A stretch of DNA of 64,000 nucleotides from Octopus sinensis (taxonomy: Eukaryota). Within the stretch, counting starts at the first letter, position 1. Each line of letters opens with the position of its first letter. Positions 1-11,020 of this stretch are shown piece after piece. The notes below the pieces were generated by a model. It had not been told where the DNA came from, did no database searches, and was given only the letters and a program-made list of their open reading frames with translations. Made by a program: the position numbers and the translations under genes. The DNA is taken from contig NC_043003.1 of assembly GCF_006345805.1 (NCBI RefSeq), forward strand, positions 88,908,001 to 88,972,000, given 5' to 3'.

Positions 1-2379
1 TCTGCGCCGTGAGGACCAAAGACTGGAGGTGTTTCGCGTTGCAAGACAGTGTGTGAGAGAAAATCGTGATGTGGTAGGAGAGAAGTATGTTCGCATGGAA
101 GATAGTTCACTTGCGCTAAATGAGGATGCAAAGAGAGAGGTTTGGAGATGCCACTATGAAAGGTTGCTGAATAAAGAAAATGAATGGGATAAAGAGAGTC
201 TGCCGAATGTTGACCCAACAGAGGGACCAGCTATCCAAGTTGATAGTTCCGTGGTAGCTAAGCCAATTAGAAGCATGAAGACAGGGAAAGCCCCAGGCCC
301 ATCAGGAATCACTGCAGAGATGCTCAAAATGTCTGGTAGTGTCGGCTATAGCCTAGTCACCCGTATAGTTAATCAGGTGATACACAAAGAAGTCATACCC
401 AATGACTGGTGTAGCAGCATAATAGTCAACTGCTACAAAGGTAAAGGTGACGCCCTAGATACAAATAACTACAGAGGTATCAAGCTGTTGGATCAGGTGA
501 TGAAGGTTACGAAGAGGGTCATAGCCCAACTAATTAAAGAGAGAGTTAGTTTAGATGAGATGCAGTTTGGGTTTGTGCCAGGGAAAAGTACTACTGATGC
601 TATATTCCTGGTAAGGCAGCTGCAGGAGAAATACCTAGCCAAAGATAAGCCCCTGTACCTGGCTTTCGTTGACATGGAGAAAGCCTTCGACAGGGTCCCC
701 CGATCCCTTATCTGGTGGTCAATGAGGAAACTAGGGATAGATGAATGGTTAGTGAGAGCTGTGCAGGCCATGTATAGGGACGCTGCTAGTAAGGTGAGGG
801 TTGGCAATGAGTACAGTGAAGAATTCAGGGTAGAGGTAGGGGTCCACCAAGGCTCAGTCCTCAGCCCCCTCCTATTTATCATAGTCCTCCAGGCAATAAC
901 GGAGGAATTCAAGACAGGATGCCCTTGGGAGCTCCTGTATGCTGATGACCTTGCTCTAATTGCTGAGTCGCTATCAGGACTGGAGGAGAAGTTTCAGGTG
1001 TGGAAACAAGGATTAGAATCGAAGGGCCTCAGAGTCAATCTAGCTAAAACCAAAGTCGTAATCAGTAGGAAGGTAGACAAATCACAAACGCTTTCAGGTA
1101 GATGGCCCTGCTCGATCTGTAGAAAAGGTGTAGGTAGAAACTCTATAAGATGCACCAAGTATAAGCTATGGACACATAAGAGGTGCAGCAATGTCAAAGG
1201 AAGGCTAACTAGGAAGATGGTTTTTGTATGTGGCAGATGCTCAGGAACAATAAACACTGAAAATGCTATGAGACCAACTTCCGTCACTTTTCAGGGAGAA
1301 AAACTAGAAGTAGTTGATAACTTCCGTTATCTAGGTGACCAAGCCAGTAGTGGGGGTGGGTGCACTGAAAGCGTAACTGCTAGAGTAAGAATAGCCTGGG
1401 CAAAGTTTAGGAAGCTCTTACCTCTGCTGGTGACTAAAGGCCTCTCGCTCAGAGTAAAAGGCAGACTGTATGATGCATGTGTACGAACAGCCATGCTACA
1501 TGGCAGTGAAACATGGGCCGTGACTGCTGAGGACATGCGTAAGCTCGTGAGGAATGAAGCCAGTATGCTCCGATGGATGTGTAATGTCAGTGTACATACT
1601 CGACAGAGCATTAGTACCTTGAGAGAAATGTTGTACCTAAGAAGCATCAGTTGTGGTGTGCAAGAGAGACGATTGCGCTGGTATGGTCATGTGGCGAGAA
1701 TGGATGAAGATAGGTGTGTGAGAAAGCGCCTATCCCTAGCAGTTGAGGGAGCCCGTGGAAGAGGTAGACCCAGGAAAACCTGGGATGAGGTGGTGAAGCA
1801 CGACCTTCGAACTTTAGGCCTCACTGAGGAAATGACCAGCGACCGAGACCTCTGGAAATATGCTGTACGTGAGAAGACCAGGCAGGACAAGTGAGCCCAG
1901 CCCATTTATGAATGCCTTTCCTCCCTTGGACACAAAGACCTGTTGAGGCAAGCGAAGTCGATATAGAACCTCATCCGACGTCAGGCACCCCTTTGCTTGC
2001 GAAGACATGTTGGGGCAAGCGAAAGCGAAATAGAATTGAACCAGCCAGGATCCCTGGTCTGGTGGTACGTAAAAAGCACTATCCGTCTCGTGGCCGATGC
2101 CAGCGCCGCCTCGACTGGCTTCCGTGCCGGTGGCACATAAAATACACCAATCCGACCATGGCCATTGCCAGCCTCGCCTGGCACCTGTGCAGGTGGCACG
2201 TAAAAAGCAACCACTACACTCACGGAGTGGTTGGCGTTAGGAAGGGCATCCAGGTGTAGAAACATTGCCAGATAAGACTGGAGCCTGGTGCAGCCTTCTG
2301 GCTTCCCAGATCCCCAGTCGAACCGTCCAACCCATGCTAGCATGGAGAACGGACGTTAAACGATGATGATGATGATGAT
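1..2379 (+). mobile_element. RTE-clade LINE, copy 1 (5' part cut by the window edge; 3' UTR ending in a (GAT)n tail)
   Basis: Long RT ORF, then a 3' UTR with repeated TGGCACGTAAAAAGCAC motifs, the palindrome CCATGCTAGCATGG and the tail GGACGTTAAAC(GAT)n. The same 3' end recurs many times in the window. Confidence 0.92.
29..1894 (+). CDS. Non-LTR retrotransposon reverse transcriptase (RTE type) with an internal PHD-like Cys/His segment; partial ORF
   Basis: KAPGPSG, NYRGIKLL, QFGFVPG, AFVDMEKAFDRV, GVHQGSVLSPLLF, YADDL, FRYLG, LRWYGHV, RGRGRPRKTW motifs. CSIC..C..Y..W.H..C...C..C insert lies between YADD and the YLG motif. Confidence 0.93.
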   Translation: MFRVARQCVRENRDVVGEKYVRMEDSSLALNEDAKREVWRCHYERLLNKENEWDKESLPNVDPTEGPAIQVDSSVVAKPIRSMKTGKAPGPSGITAEMLKMSGSVGYSLVTRIVNQVIHKEVIPNDWCSSIIVNCYKGKGDALDTNNYRGIKLLDQVMKVTKRVIAQLIKERVSLDEMQFGFVPGKSTTDAIFLVRQLQEKYLAKDKPLYLAFVDMEKAFDRVPRSLIWWSMRKLGIDEWLVRAVQAMYRDAASKVRVGNEYSEEFRVEVGVHQGSVLSPLLFIIVLQAITEEFKTGCPWELLYADDLALIAESLSGLEEKFQVWKQGLESKGLRVNLAKTKVVISRKVDKSQTLSGRWPCSICRKGVGRNSIRCTKYKLWTHKRCSNVKGRLTRKMVFVCGRCSGTINTENAMRPTSVTFQGEKLEVVDNFRYLGDQASSGGGCTESVTARVRIAWAKFRKLLPLLVTKGLSLRVKGRLYDACVRTAMLHGSETWAVTAEDMRKLVRNEASMLRWMCNVSVHTRQSISTLREMLYLRSISCGVQERRLRWYGHVARMDEDRCVRKRLSLAVEGARGRGRPRKTWDEVVKHDLRTLGLTEEMTSDRDLWKYAVREKTRQDK

Positions 2380-2498
2380 ATATATATGTATGTATATATA
2401 TGTATATATATATATGTATATATATATGTATATATATATGTATATATATCTATATATGTATATATATGTATGTATATATGTATGTATATATATATATA

Positions 2499-2559
<61 letters not shown>
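2380..2559. repeat. (TA)n / TATG microsatellite
   Basis: Direct reading. Similar tracts at about 10940-11040, 15405-15780, 26610-26860, 27915-28080, 33830-34009, 35074-35735. Confidence 0.95.
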
Positions 2560-2560
<1 letters not shown>

Positions 2561-2604
2561 TAGCTGAATTTGACCCGCTCTACACGCGGGTAAGAGTGTG
2601 GTTG

Positions 2605-2940
2605 TTACTTTCTGTTGCTTCTTTTCAGCACGTAAAAAGCACCATCCGAACGTGGCCGATTGCAGCACCGCCTTGACTGGCTTCTGTGCCAGTAGCACGT
2701 AAAAAGCACCAACCGATCGTTGCCGCTGCGAGCCCCCCTTGCACCTGTGCCAGCGGCACGAAAAAAGCACCCACTACAATCACAGAGTGGTTGGCGTTAG
2801 GAAGGTCATCCACCTGTAGAAACACTGCCAGATCAGACTGGAGCCTGGTGCAGCCTCCTGGCTTCCCAGACCCCAGTTAAACTGTCCAACCCGTGCTAGG
2901 ACGGAAAACGGATGTTAAACGATGATGAAGAAGATGATTC
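2605..2940 (+). mobile_element. 3' fragment of the RTE LINE (or RTE-tailed SINE), nested in Helitron unit B
   Basis: CACGTAAAAAGCACC repeats, GTGGTTGGCGTTAGGAAGG, and GTTAAACGATGATG tail similar to 2060-2379. Confidence 0.85.
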
Positions 2941-3691
2941 TCCCTCTTTGTTTCTCTCTCCTTTCTCTCTCACTTTCCCAGTCTCTTAATTTTCTTTTCT
3001 CTCGGACTCTCCCTCGCTTTCTCTTACTCTCTATCTTTATCTATCTCTCTCCCATTTATAAACAACAGAAGATCTTGAGTAAGTTGAGAAATAAAATATT
3101 TAGAAAGATCAATCATAAATATCAGGCAGTGGCAACGGAAAGGTCTGCTTCAAGGCAGACAGCAAAACGCTAACATTTAAAAGGGACAGACGAACTTGCG
3201 AGCTGAATAAAAATAATAAACTATTGGAAAGCAAAGTTTGAAGGGATAGAATCTGAGGATAGTAGAGTCACCATGACTGGCATTTCTTAACGATGGACAG
3301 CAACGTATTGACAGTTTAACGGCTGGCGTAAAATTTTGAACTTGATGTAAAAGAAAATTCGTAAACACCAAGTTTTGAAGTGATTCTTTCTCACGACAGT
3401 AGACTCGCCATGGCAAGCATTCAAAACCTCTTCATCATGGACGGCAACACATTGAAGATTAAAAGGCTGGCGCAAATTTTTTAGCTTGATGTAACAGAGA
3501 ATTCCTAAACACTCGCTCCTTTAAATTTTAATCCCCTTCCAGCCCCAATTATACCCCTTTTCACATTTTGGTTAATATAACCCGATTTCATTTGGGTCTA
3601 CTGGGGCCAAGATGAGGAATTTTGTCCTAGTGGTCACGCCTTTCATTTGAGAAAAAAAATGGTTGTCATGCAAACTTGCCAGCACTTTTAA

Positions 3692-4780
3692 CCCTTTCGT
3701 TACCAAACCGCCCAAAGCCGCCCGAAAAAAATTTTGGCTAATGTGACCAAACCGCCCAACCCCGCCCGTATTTACCTATTCATATTTAAATGAGAATATC
3801 AGAGCAAATCTCTTTATTACATTCGTGAAAGCACGTGATTATACTTCGTAAACAGTTCATCTACAGTTTTGTACAACAATCGAATTGTAATTTTAATTCC
3901 GTGAATTTTGGGAGATTTTTTTCCAAAATTTGTTCCCATTGTGTTTTCAAACTTTGTAATTCTGACAAAAAATGGATACGAAGTTCATCATATCAAGCAG
4001 CAAGTCAGAATTAGAAGGATTTTCTACTGAAGACCTCGATAAATCTAACTCTATGACTGAAAAAAAAAAAAGCACGTGATATTTGATAATGAATCTGATG
4101 TTTCATTTTCTGAAAGTGAAAACAGTGAATCCGAGAGCTCCGACAGCGATAAAGAAAATTAATTGGCACCTGAATGGAGTGAAAATTGAAAAACTGTTTT
4201 TTTCGCTGATTTTTCTGAAGAAACTGGACCAAGCCACAGACTTTCCCAGGAGAGTAAAGCCTTAGACTATTTCTTTTTACTTTTTCGAATGAGCCTATTT
4301 GAAATCATTACGGCGGAAACGAACCGTTACGCTAAATGTAAACAAAGCGAAAGAAAGGATAGTTAGTGGTTTCCCACAACCTTAAATGAAATTAAGACTA
4401 TTTTGCCATAAATATTATTATGGGTATCAGAAAGTTACCCAGAATAACAAATTCTATCGTAAAATTTTGTTGTATACCCAATTGAATATTAGCTAATAAC
4501 CTATTTTCTATAGCGATGTTTGAACAAAATTTTAATAATTTTATATTTTGTTGAATTTACCTGTATCTACCTGCAATTAGAGTCACAATGTGACAAAAAT
4601 TATAGTATAGAATTGGTTGAGAACATTTCATTCAATTATCTTCCAAAAATCACATTTATATATTGATAAATAGAAAAGTTATAGTTGTTTAATGAAACCA
4701 GACTAACTTTATGATTATGTTAGAAATTAATTGAAACACATAAGGGGTGTATTTTGGTCAGAAATATAGTAACGAAAGGG
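3692..4780 (+). mobile_element. Internally deleted piggyBac element
   Basis: TIRs CCCTTTCGTTAC...GTAACGAAAGGG; TTAA on the left (3688-3691) and TTCA on the right. Decayed transposase N-terminus (acidic tract, ETNRYAK..., IIMGIRKLPRI). Same ends as 52133-53247. Confidence 0.88.
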
Positions 4781-4832
4781 TTCATAGGTGTGCATATTTT
4801 CAGTTGAACCGACCGACCACATAATGCACACA

Positions 4833-5345
4833 TCTATATATATAAAACTGTAGTTGTGTGAGTGTCTGTCCCCTTCGATTTAAATTCCTAACTACTCCCA
4901 CATTTTGCTGTGCAGTTTAACCAAATTCGGGTATCTTATAGTCGTGATTCATATCGAGCCCGTCTGAGTATTAGCGCGCGTCTACAATGAATCTACGATT
5001 TTAAAAATAATTTAACATCATTTTTTATTCCATTTTAATGCATAATTTTTTGTGTGTTGATGGCGGCGGAGTTGGCGTCCATGGCCACACCTGCACCTGT
5101 TTGCTTCTCCCTGTTCTTCCCTCCCTTGTGAAGCTGTGGGGAAGGGAGTGTAAGGAAATCAACGTCGTAAAGCGTTGTCAAGGAGACCAGCGTTCTTTTA
5201 GAACAACGACTTCATGGCTTGAAGACACCAAAACAGAAATGGCTAAGAAAGCTCGAATTGGCATCTATAAGGGAAGTAACTCTCTAAAAATGCTTATATA
5301 GTTATTTTCCTTACAAACCCGAGCAACGCCGGGCGATACTGCTAG
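4833..5345 (+). mobile_element. Non-autonomous Helitron (5' type 1)
   Basis: A|TCTATATATATAAAACTG start; CCCGAGCAACGCCGGG hairpin and CTAG|T end. Confidence 0.9.
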
Positions 5346-5346
5346 T

Positions 5347-5384
<38 letters not shown>

Positions 5385-7245
5385 CACGCATTATATATAC
5401 AAATTATATATATATATGTATAAATTAAATTAGAGATAAAACCACTAATAGGCAGAAAAAACCAAAAACAAAAACATAAAAATAAAAATATAATATAGAA
5501 AATATATAAAATTGAAAAATTTAAATTATTTACATTTAAACTAAAAATTATTAAATTATATTTATAATTTGTTTAAAAATATATATAACTATCAAAAAGT
5601 ATTAAAAAGTTTAATATACATAAATACAGATGTATACACTTTGTATATATACATTATATATACATATTTATATATCGAACACACACACACACATATATAA
5701 ATGAACACAATGAATATCTGATTCATAACATTTGTTCTCATTATTGTGTGTTGTTGGTCGCGATGATAATTCTCCCTATGAATGCAGACATGTACATCAA
5801 AGAAAGCTGTCTAACGAACTTATAAAGGGAAAGTGAAAGGGAGTTGAGGGGAATACATTAAATAACGGGAGTGGAATTCTCATAGTTATAAATGAAAGGG
5901 AGTAAGAGAGGGAAAGGAAGAAATAGCGTGAGTGAGGAAGATGGCACCTAGCAACCACACCTTTCAAGATAGGGATTTCTAAGGTAGCCTATGAGCATCG
6001 TCACCTCATTCTACATCTCCCTGTAAACTTTGTAGCGAATCGGACAGGATGTAGTGGCATTGAAAGCGATCCAAGCGGTAAAAACGCATTTCAGTTTTAT
6101 ATATAGAGACTAGCTGAAGGTGACCCGCTCTACGCGCGGGTAAGAGTGTGGTATATATATATATAAATGTATACAAATTATATATATATAAATACAGATA
6201 TATACACCTTGTATATATACATTATTATATATACATATTTATATATAGATACACACACACATATATAAATTAACCCAATAAATATCTGATTCATAATATT
6301 TGTTGTCATGATTGTGTTGTGGTGGTGGCAATGATAATTCTCTCTATGAATGCAGACAGACGTAGAGAGTGAGAGTGTGTGAAAGCGCTGTGGAAGGCAG
6401 GGAGGGGGGATAACGGACGCTGTGAAACGACGTTATAAAGAGAAAGTGAATGTAAGGGAGGTAGACGCTGTGAAATGACATTATAGATAGAAAGTGAAAG
6501 AAAGGGAGAAAAGAGAGTGAGTGATGGAGGAAGACAGATACATAAAAGAATGAGAGTGGGTGATGTTTTGTTTGTTGGACCAATGTATTAAGGTAGTATT
6601 GTTTTATTGTTTTAAAACGAAAGAGGCAATGTGTTTGTTTCAAAAATAAAAAAAGACAAACGTCCGCCAATGGGAAGACAGTTCATATTCGATTAGAGCA
6701 CTCTGGGTATAATCATAAAAGTGAAAAATGGAATTTCGGTGGCGAATATTGTAGAGGACTCTAAAAAAAAGAAGTTTTTTAACCTGCAGGAAGATAGTTT
6801 AAGCCAAAAAAGGCAGAATGTAAACTCACATCTGTAATGGTGTATGAAATTAGAATTCACACCCAGCTCAGTTTTGTAGAAAGAGTATCACGACGTGAAC
6901 TCATGAGTTGGGAGTTTGACTGAGAGAGTTTATATGGTGACACATGCCAGTTCTTTCGACACCACCTAAACAATGGAAAAGTGTATAAAATGTAATTAAC
7001 AACTCATTCACTTTATGAATGTCTTATGTTAGCGAAGAAACAATAACTTGACAAAACCGTTTAATGGAGACGTAGAAGGAATCGGAAAATGAGGAATAAA
7101 GAGAATGAGTTGGATCAAATGTTTGCAAATATCTGAACCCAATGTTCTTTATGAACCATGTTCTTTTTAATGTCTTTATTTTCAAGAATGAAGAGATAAT
7201 GAAGAGGTGCAAAGTAAAAAATCAAGCAAAATTTCATGATTACAA

Positions 7246-9009
7246 TCAGTTTTCTTTTGTCAGAGCCTCCTGATAAACCACGTTCCTTGTGCGCTCATGA
7301 TTGCCAAGAATGAAGAGTTTATGTGGATTTCCAACTCGAGAACAGGCTACGTACAATTGACCATGACTGAAAACCAGTTGTGACAGGTTAATGCCTACAA
7401 TGTCCAGTGATTGTCCCTGTGACTTGTTGATTGTCATCGCGAAGCATAGTTTTATCGGAAATTGAAAGCGTTTAAACTGAATGGGAACATCAGAGGGTGA
7501 AATACTCACTTTACGTATCACCTTGATTGTTCCTACAAATGGTCCACTCAAAATTTCAGCAGTTATAACATGGCTTTGAATCCTCCTTATAACCATTCGG
7601 GTTCCATTGCATATTTCAGGCGTTTCCATATTTCTGAGCACCATGATTGGAGCACCAACTTTCAAACACAAATGATGAGGTGGAAGTCCCGGAGGTGTTA
7701 GCTTGTTGAGTAGCTCGGGTGGATATTTGACTACATCATTCTCATCTTTATTTGTATCGATGGACATGAAAGAAACTATCTCACCAGGAATCATATCAAG
7801 TACTTGTTTATTTGTAGCATCAGCTGTTGTATTATGAGGCGATAGAATAGCTCTTGCTCTTAGCCAATCGAGATCCTGGAAGTTGGTTTCGACGTCAGGT
7901 AAAACGGCTCTTATAAGTTCTTCTACTTTATGAACGAAATTCCCAAAAGGCAACCGAATATGCTCATCATCAACGAAAGGCAAAACTCCATCACCAAGAT
8001 CTAATAGGTGTTTTGTGAAAGCCTCAGACTCCACAGCACCATGTAGGTGGACTCTCATGTTTGTTTGAAGATGGCGACTGATAACACTGTGCCACACATA
8101 AGAATGCTTTATACATGCATTAACCTCATCGGCTCTAGTGCCTGCTCGGACAACAGGAAGAGTTTGTCGAAAATCTCCTGCCATGAGAAACGTAGCTCCA
8201 CCCATTATTTTTGTATTGTGACGCAAATCTTGGAGAGTTCTGTCAAGAGCCTCAAACATGGCCTTATTATTCATTGTAGCCTCATCCCAAATAAAAAGAT
8301 TGCATTCACGAAGAAGTCTTGCTCTTGAGGAACTACGTTCTATATTACATATAGCATTATCTTTCTTTCCAATGTCCATTGGCAATTTGAATGCACTATG
8401 TGCCGTACGGCCGCCTTGAAGCAGTGTAGCTGCAATACCATTTGAGGCACATGCAATAGCAATTCGATGTTCAGCGCGCAGCTTTGCGAGAATCAAATTG
8501 ATAACGAAAGTTTTACCAGTACCACCTGGAGCATTCAAAAAGAAAAGCTTTCCTTGGTTCAATCTAATGCTGTCAATAATTTCATTATAAATCTCTCTTT
8601 GTTCAGGCAAAAGTCTTGGTTCATCTCGCGTAATTGTTTCCGTCAATTCAGCAATGTTGTAGTTTTTTTCTGACATGTATTCAACATCCAAAGGCGCTTC
8701 ATGATGGACAGGTGTTGGCAGATGGAATTCACTTAAACCGCGTATAACATAGCATCTGATGTGTCTGTCCATGTCGATTAATGCCTCATTATAAACATCG
8801 TCGTTGCCATCACGTAGCGCTAAATTAGCCTGTATGTCCTTTGACAGGCTCTGTCTGAACGATTCCCAAAGGTTAAGAGGGTTGCTGGGATTACAGTGGA
8901 TTAATATGCTACAAAACAATCGACGCATTTGCCATGGCAGTTTACAATTTGAGGCTTCTGCTAATGTCCTGTGTAAGTGGTCGTCATTGAGAAGAAGTCC
9001 GCGCCTCAA
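7246..9009 (-). CDS. Helitron PIF1-family (SF1B) DNA helicase domain
   Basis: APGGTGKT (Walker A), IACASNGIAATLL, GRTAHSAF, IWDEATM, GDFRQTLPV, KSQGQS, QLYVACSRV. Separated from the Rep part by a frameshift or deletion. Confidence 0.93.
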   Translation of the reverse strand: MRRGLLLNDDHLHRTLAEASNCKLPWQMRRLFCSILIHCNPSNPLNLWESFRQSLSKDIQANLALRDGNDDVYNEALIDMDRHIRCYVIRGLSEFHLPTPVHHEAPLDVEYMSEKNYNIAELTETITRDEPRLLPEQREIYNEIIDSIRLNQGKLFFLNAPGGTGKTFVINLILAKLRAEHRIAIACASNGIAATLLQGGRTAHSAFKLPMDIGKKDNAICNIERSSSRARLLRECNLFIWDEATMNNKAMFEALDRTLQDLRHNTKIMGGATFLMAGDFRQTLPVVRAGTRADEVNACIKHSYVWHSVISRHLQTNMRVHLHGAVESEAFTKHLLDLGDGVLPFVDDEHIRLPFGNFVHKVEELIRAVLPDVETNFQDLDWLRARAILSPHNTTADATNKQVLDMIPGEIVSFMSIDTNKDENDVVKYPPELLNKLTPPGLPPHHLCLKVGAPIMVLRNMETPEICNGTRMVIRRIQSHVITAEILSGPFVGTIKVIRKVSISPSDVPIQFKRFQFPIKLCFAMTINKSQGQSLDIVGINLSQLVFSHGQLYVACSRVGNPHKLFILGNHERTRNVVYQEALTKEN

Positions 9010-9029
9010 ACATGCTTCCCTGTAAGTGG

Positions 9030-9710
9030 CGCAGATGATACCATCAACCGTGTGAAGATCAGTAAAAGACTTCGGTCAAGTAACTACATGAAGTAGCATT
9101 CTCAAAAAGAAGATTTCCTGTTTGGTAGGATGAATATTATACACACGCCCAATGACGTTCTTCCTAGAAACACAGGGCCAATTGTCAAGTTCTGTTCCAT
9201 GTGACCTGCGCTTCCAATCATTGTTGTTGTATGTGTTATATTCCGGTACTTCAGGGTAAATGAGAGTAGCAGCAAACTCATCAACTGAACACAATTTAAA
9301 AAATGCTGTAAGCGCAGTCCCTTTTGGATTTTCAATGACTTGACGTGCATTTTTCTCTGTGAAGTAAACCAGCTGTCTCTTCTGTAAATGAACATTCAGG
9401 TGGAAAACTGATGGTGAGCTTAGATGAATCTCGTATCCAAAAATGCGCCACGCTGCATAATTGGAGGATACATACCTACCCAAAACGAATTGTTTAATTT
9501 CGTCATGTCTAAGGTCTTCATCACTGAACACAAACACGGCCATATCATCACCCTTATTAATGTACTTGCAGAGGTATTGTATGCATCTCACCGAACTGCA
9601 GGACTCAACATTAATGTGTGCATTAAATGTTTTGGAAAGCAAAGGGTTGAATGGAACGATCCAGGCATTATCAACATCGAATGTTTTGAACCGTTGTATT
9701 TTGCAATGTA
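9030..9710 (-). pseudogene. Helitron Rep C-terminal fragment
   Basis: DNAWIVPFNPLLSKTFNAHINVE and YLCKYINKG (catalytic Y..KY..K motif), GRVYNIHP..E.FFLRMLL. I did not find the HUH motif further upstream. Confidence 0.85.
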
Positions 9711-10699
9711 AACATGATTTGTTTTAAGAGAAAGATTGTCATGATTGTGTGTTGGTGGTGGTGGTGGTGGTGGCGATGATAATTATCATTAGGGAAAAGA
9801 GTAAGTGAGTGAGGAAGACATATACATAAGTTGTGGCGATGATAATTCTAGACCCCTTTTCACATTTTGATTAATAGAACCCGATTTCATTCGGGTCTTT
9901 GGGGCCACATATAGGTGTGTGTGTGTGCACGCTGTAGAAATTAAATTAGAGATAAAACCACAAAAAGCAAATGAAACAGTAAAAAACCAAAACCAAAAAC
10001 AAAAATAGAGATAAAACCACTAATAGGCAAATGAAGCAGTAAAAAACCAAAAAGAAAAACATAAAAATAAAAAATATAATATTAGATATATGTATATATG
10101 TGTGTGTGTGTTTTTTGACAGGTAGACAATAGAATGCGATGGCGATGGAATATTTGTTTCTGTCTATTAACGCAGACAGATACATGAGTAAAAGTTGTGA
10201 GAAGCTAAGAGATAGAGTGAGTGAAAATGTTCTTGGAAGAGAGGAAATAGCGAGAGTAATTTGAGGAAGACTTTACATTAAATAATGGTAGTGGCATTCT
10301 CAAAGTTATAAATGAAGGGGAGTAAGAGAGGGAAAGGAGGAAATAGCGTGAGTGAGGAAGATGGCCCCTAGCAACCACACCTTTTAAGATAGGGATTTCT
10401 AAGGTAGCCCATGAGCATCGTCACCTCATTCTACATCTCCCTGTAAATTTTGTAGCGAATCGGACGGGACATAGTGGCGTTGAAAGCGATCCAAGCGGTA
10501 AAAACGCATTTCAGTTTTATATATAGAGATAATACAAATAAGAAAATGGAGAAACAAATTTAGTTTGTTCATCAACTTATGGATATTATAATGTTAGATT
10601 ATCAAAAGCTTACAAAATATTATGTAAATCAATAGATAAGATAATAATACAAATACAGATTTTAAAAGTCATATTATAAATTATTGAAATCCATATACT

Positions 10700-10850
10700 A
10701 CTTCTTGCAGCTGTTTCAGCCTATGGTCAAAAGTGAATCTAATTTTCATTGTCTATAGATGTCAACATATTAAGGTTGTAGGCATTTAAAAAAATATAAT
10801 ACTCATATGTTAAAAGAACCATGTATATATAACCTCATCAGAGGTTATAA
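10700..10850 (-). other. Degenerate hammerhead-like motif with a long stem II insert
   Basis: Minus strand CTGATGA-GG...(~100 nt)...ATAGGCT-GAAA-CAGCTG-CA-AG. The cleavage triplet reads GCA instead of GUH. Confidence 0.45.
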
Positions 10851-10960
10851 TTAACTATAAAAATATAATAATAATATTAATATACTAAACATGCTGTACG
10901 TATTACGTAATATGTACAAATAAACAATAGACAAATATCCAATATATATATATATATATA

Positions 10961-11020
<60 letters not shown>

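Larger units (their letters stand above)
2560..6109 (-). mobile_element. Helitron unit B (non-coding derivative, second unit of a tandem dimer; carries nested insertions)
   Basis: Minus-strand 5' end TCTCTATATATAAAACTGAAATGCG at 6109; 3' hairpin ACCCGCGTGTAGAGCGGGT then CTAG at 2563-2560, followed by T. About 270 bp of 5' sequence is shared with unit A. Confidence 0.85.
6110..10529 (-). mobile_element. Helitron unit A (deleted autonomous type: Rep C-terminus plus PIF1 helicase)
   Basis: Minus-strand A|TC start at 10529; hairpin ACCCGCGCGTAGAGCGGGT and CTAG end at 6113-6110; RepHel coding remnants inside. Confidence 0.9.

Noticed and set aside
493-1905. Antisense ORFs over the RTE RT (and similar ones over Helitron and Gypsy pol)
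   Set aside because: They are shadow frames of real coding strands with no recognisable motifs.
7246-9009. Host PIF1 gene
   Set aside because: It is intronless, adjacent to Rep remnants and enclosed by Helitron termini.
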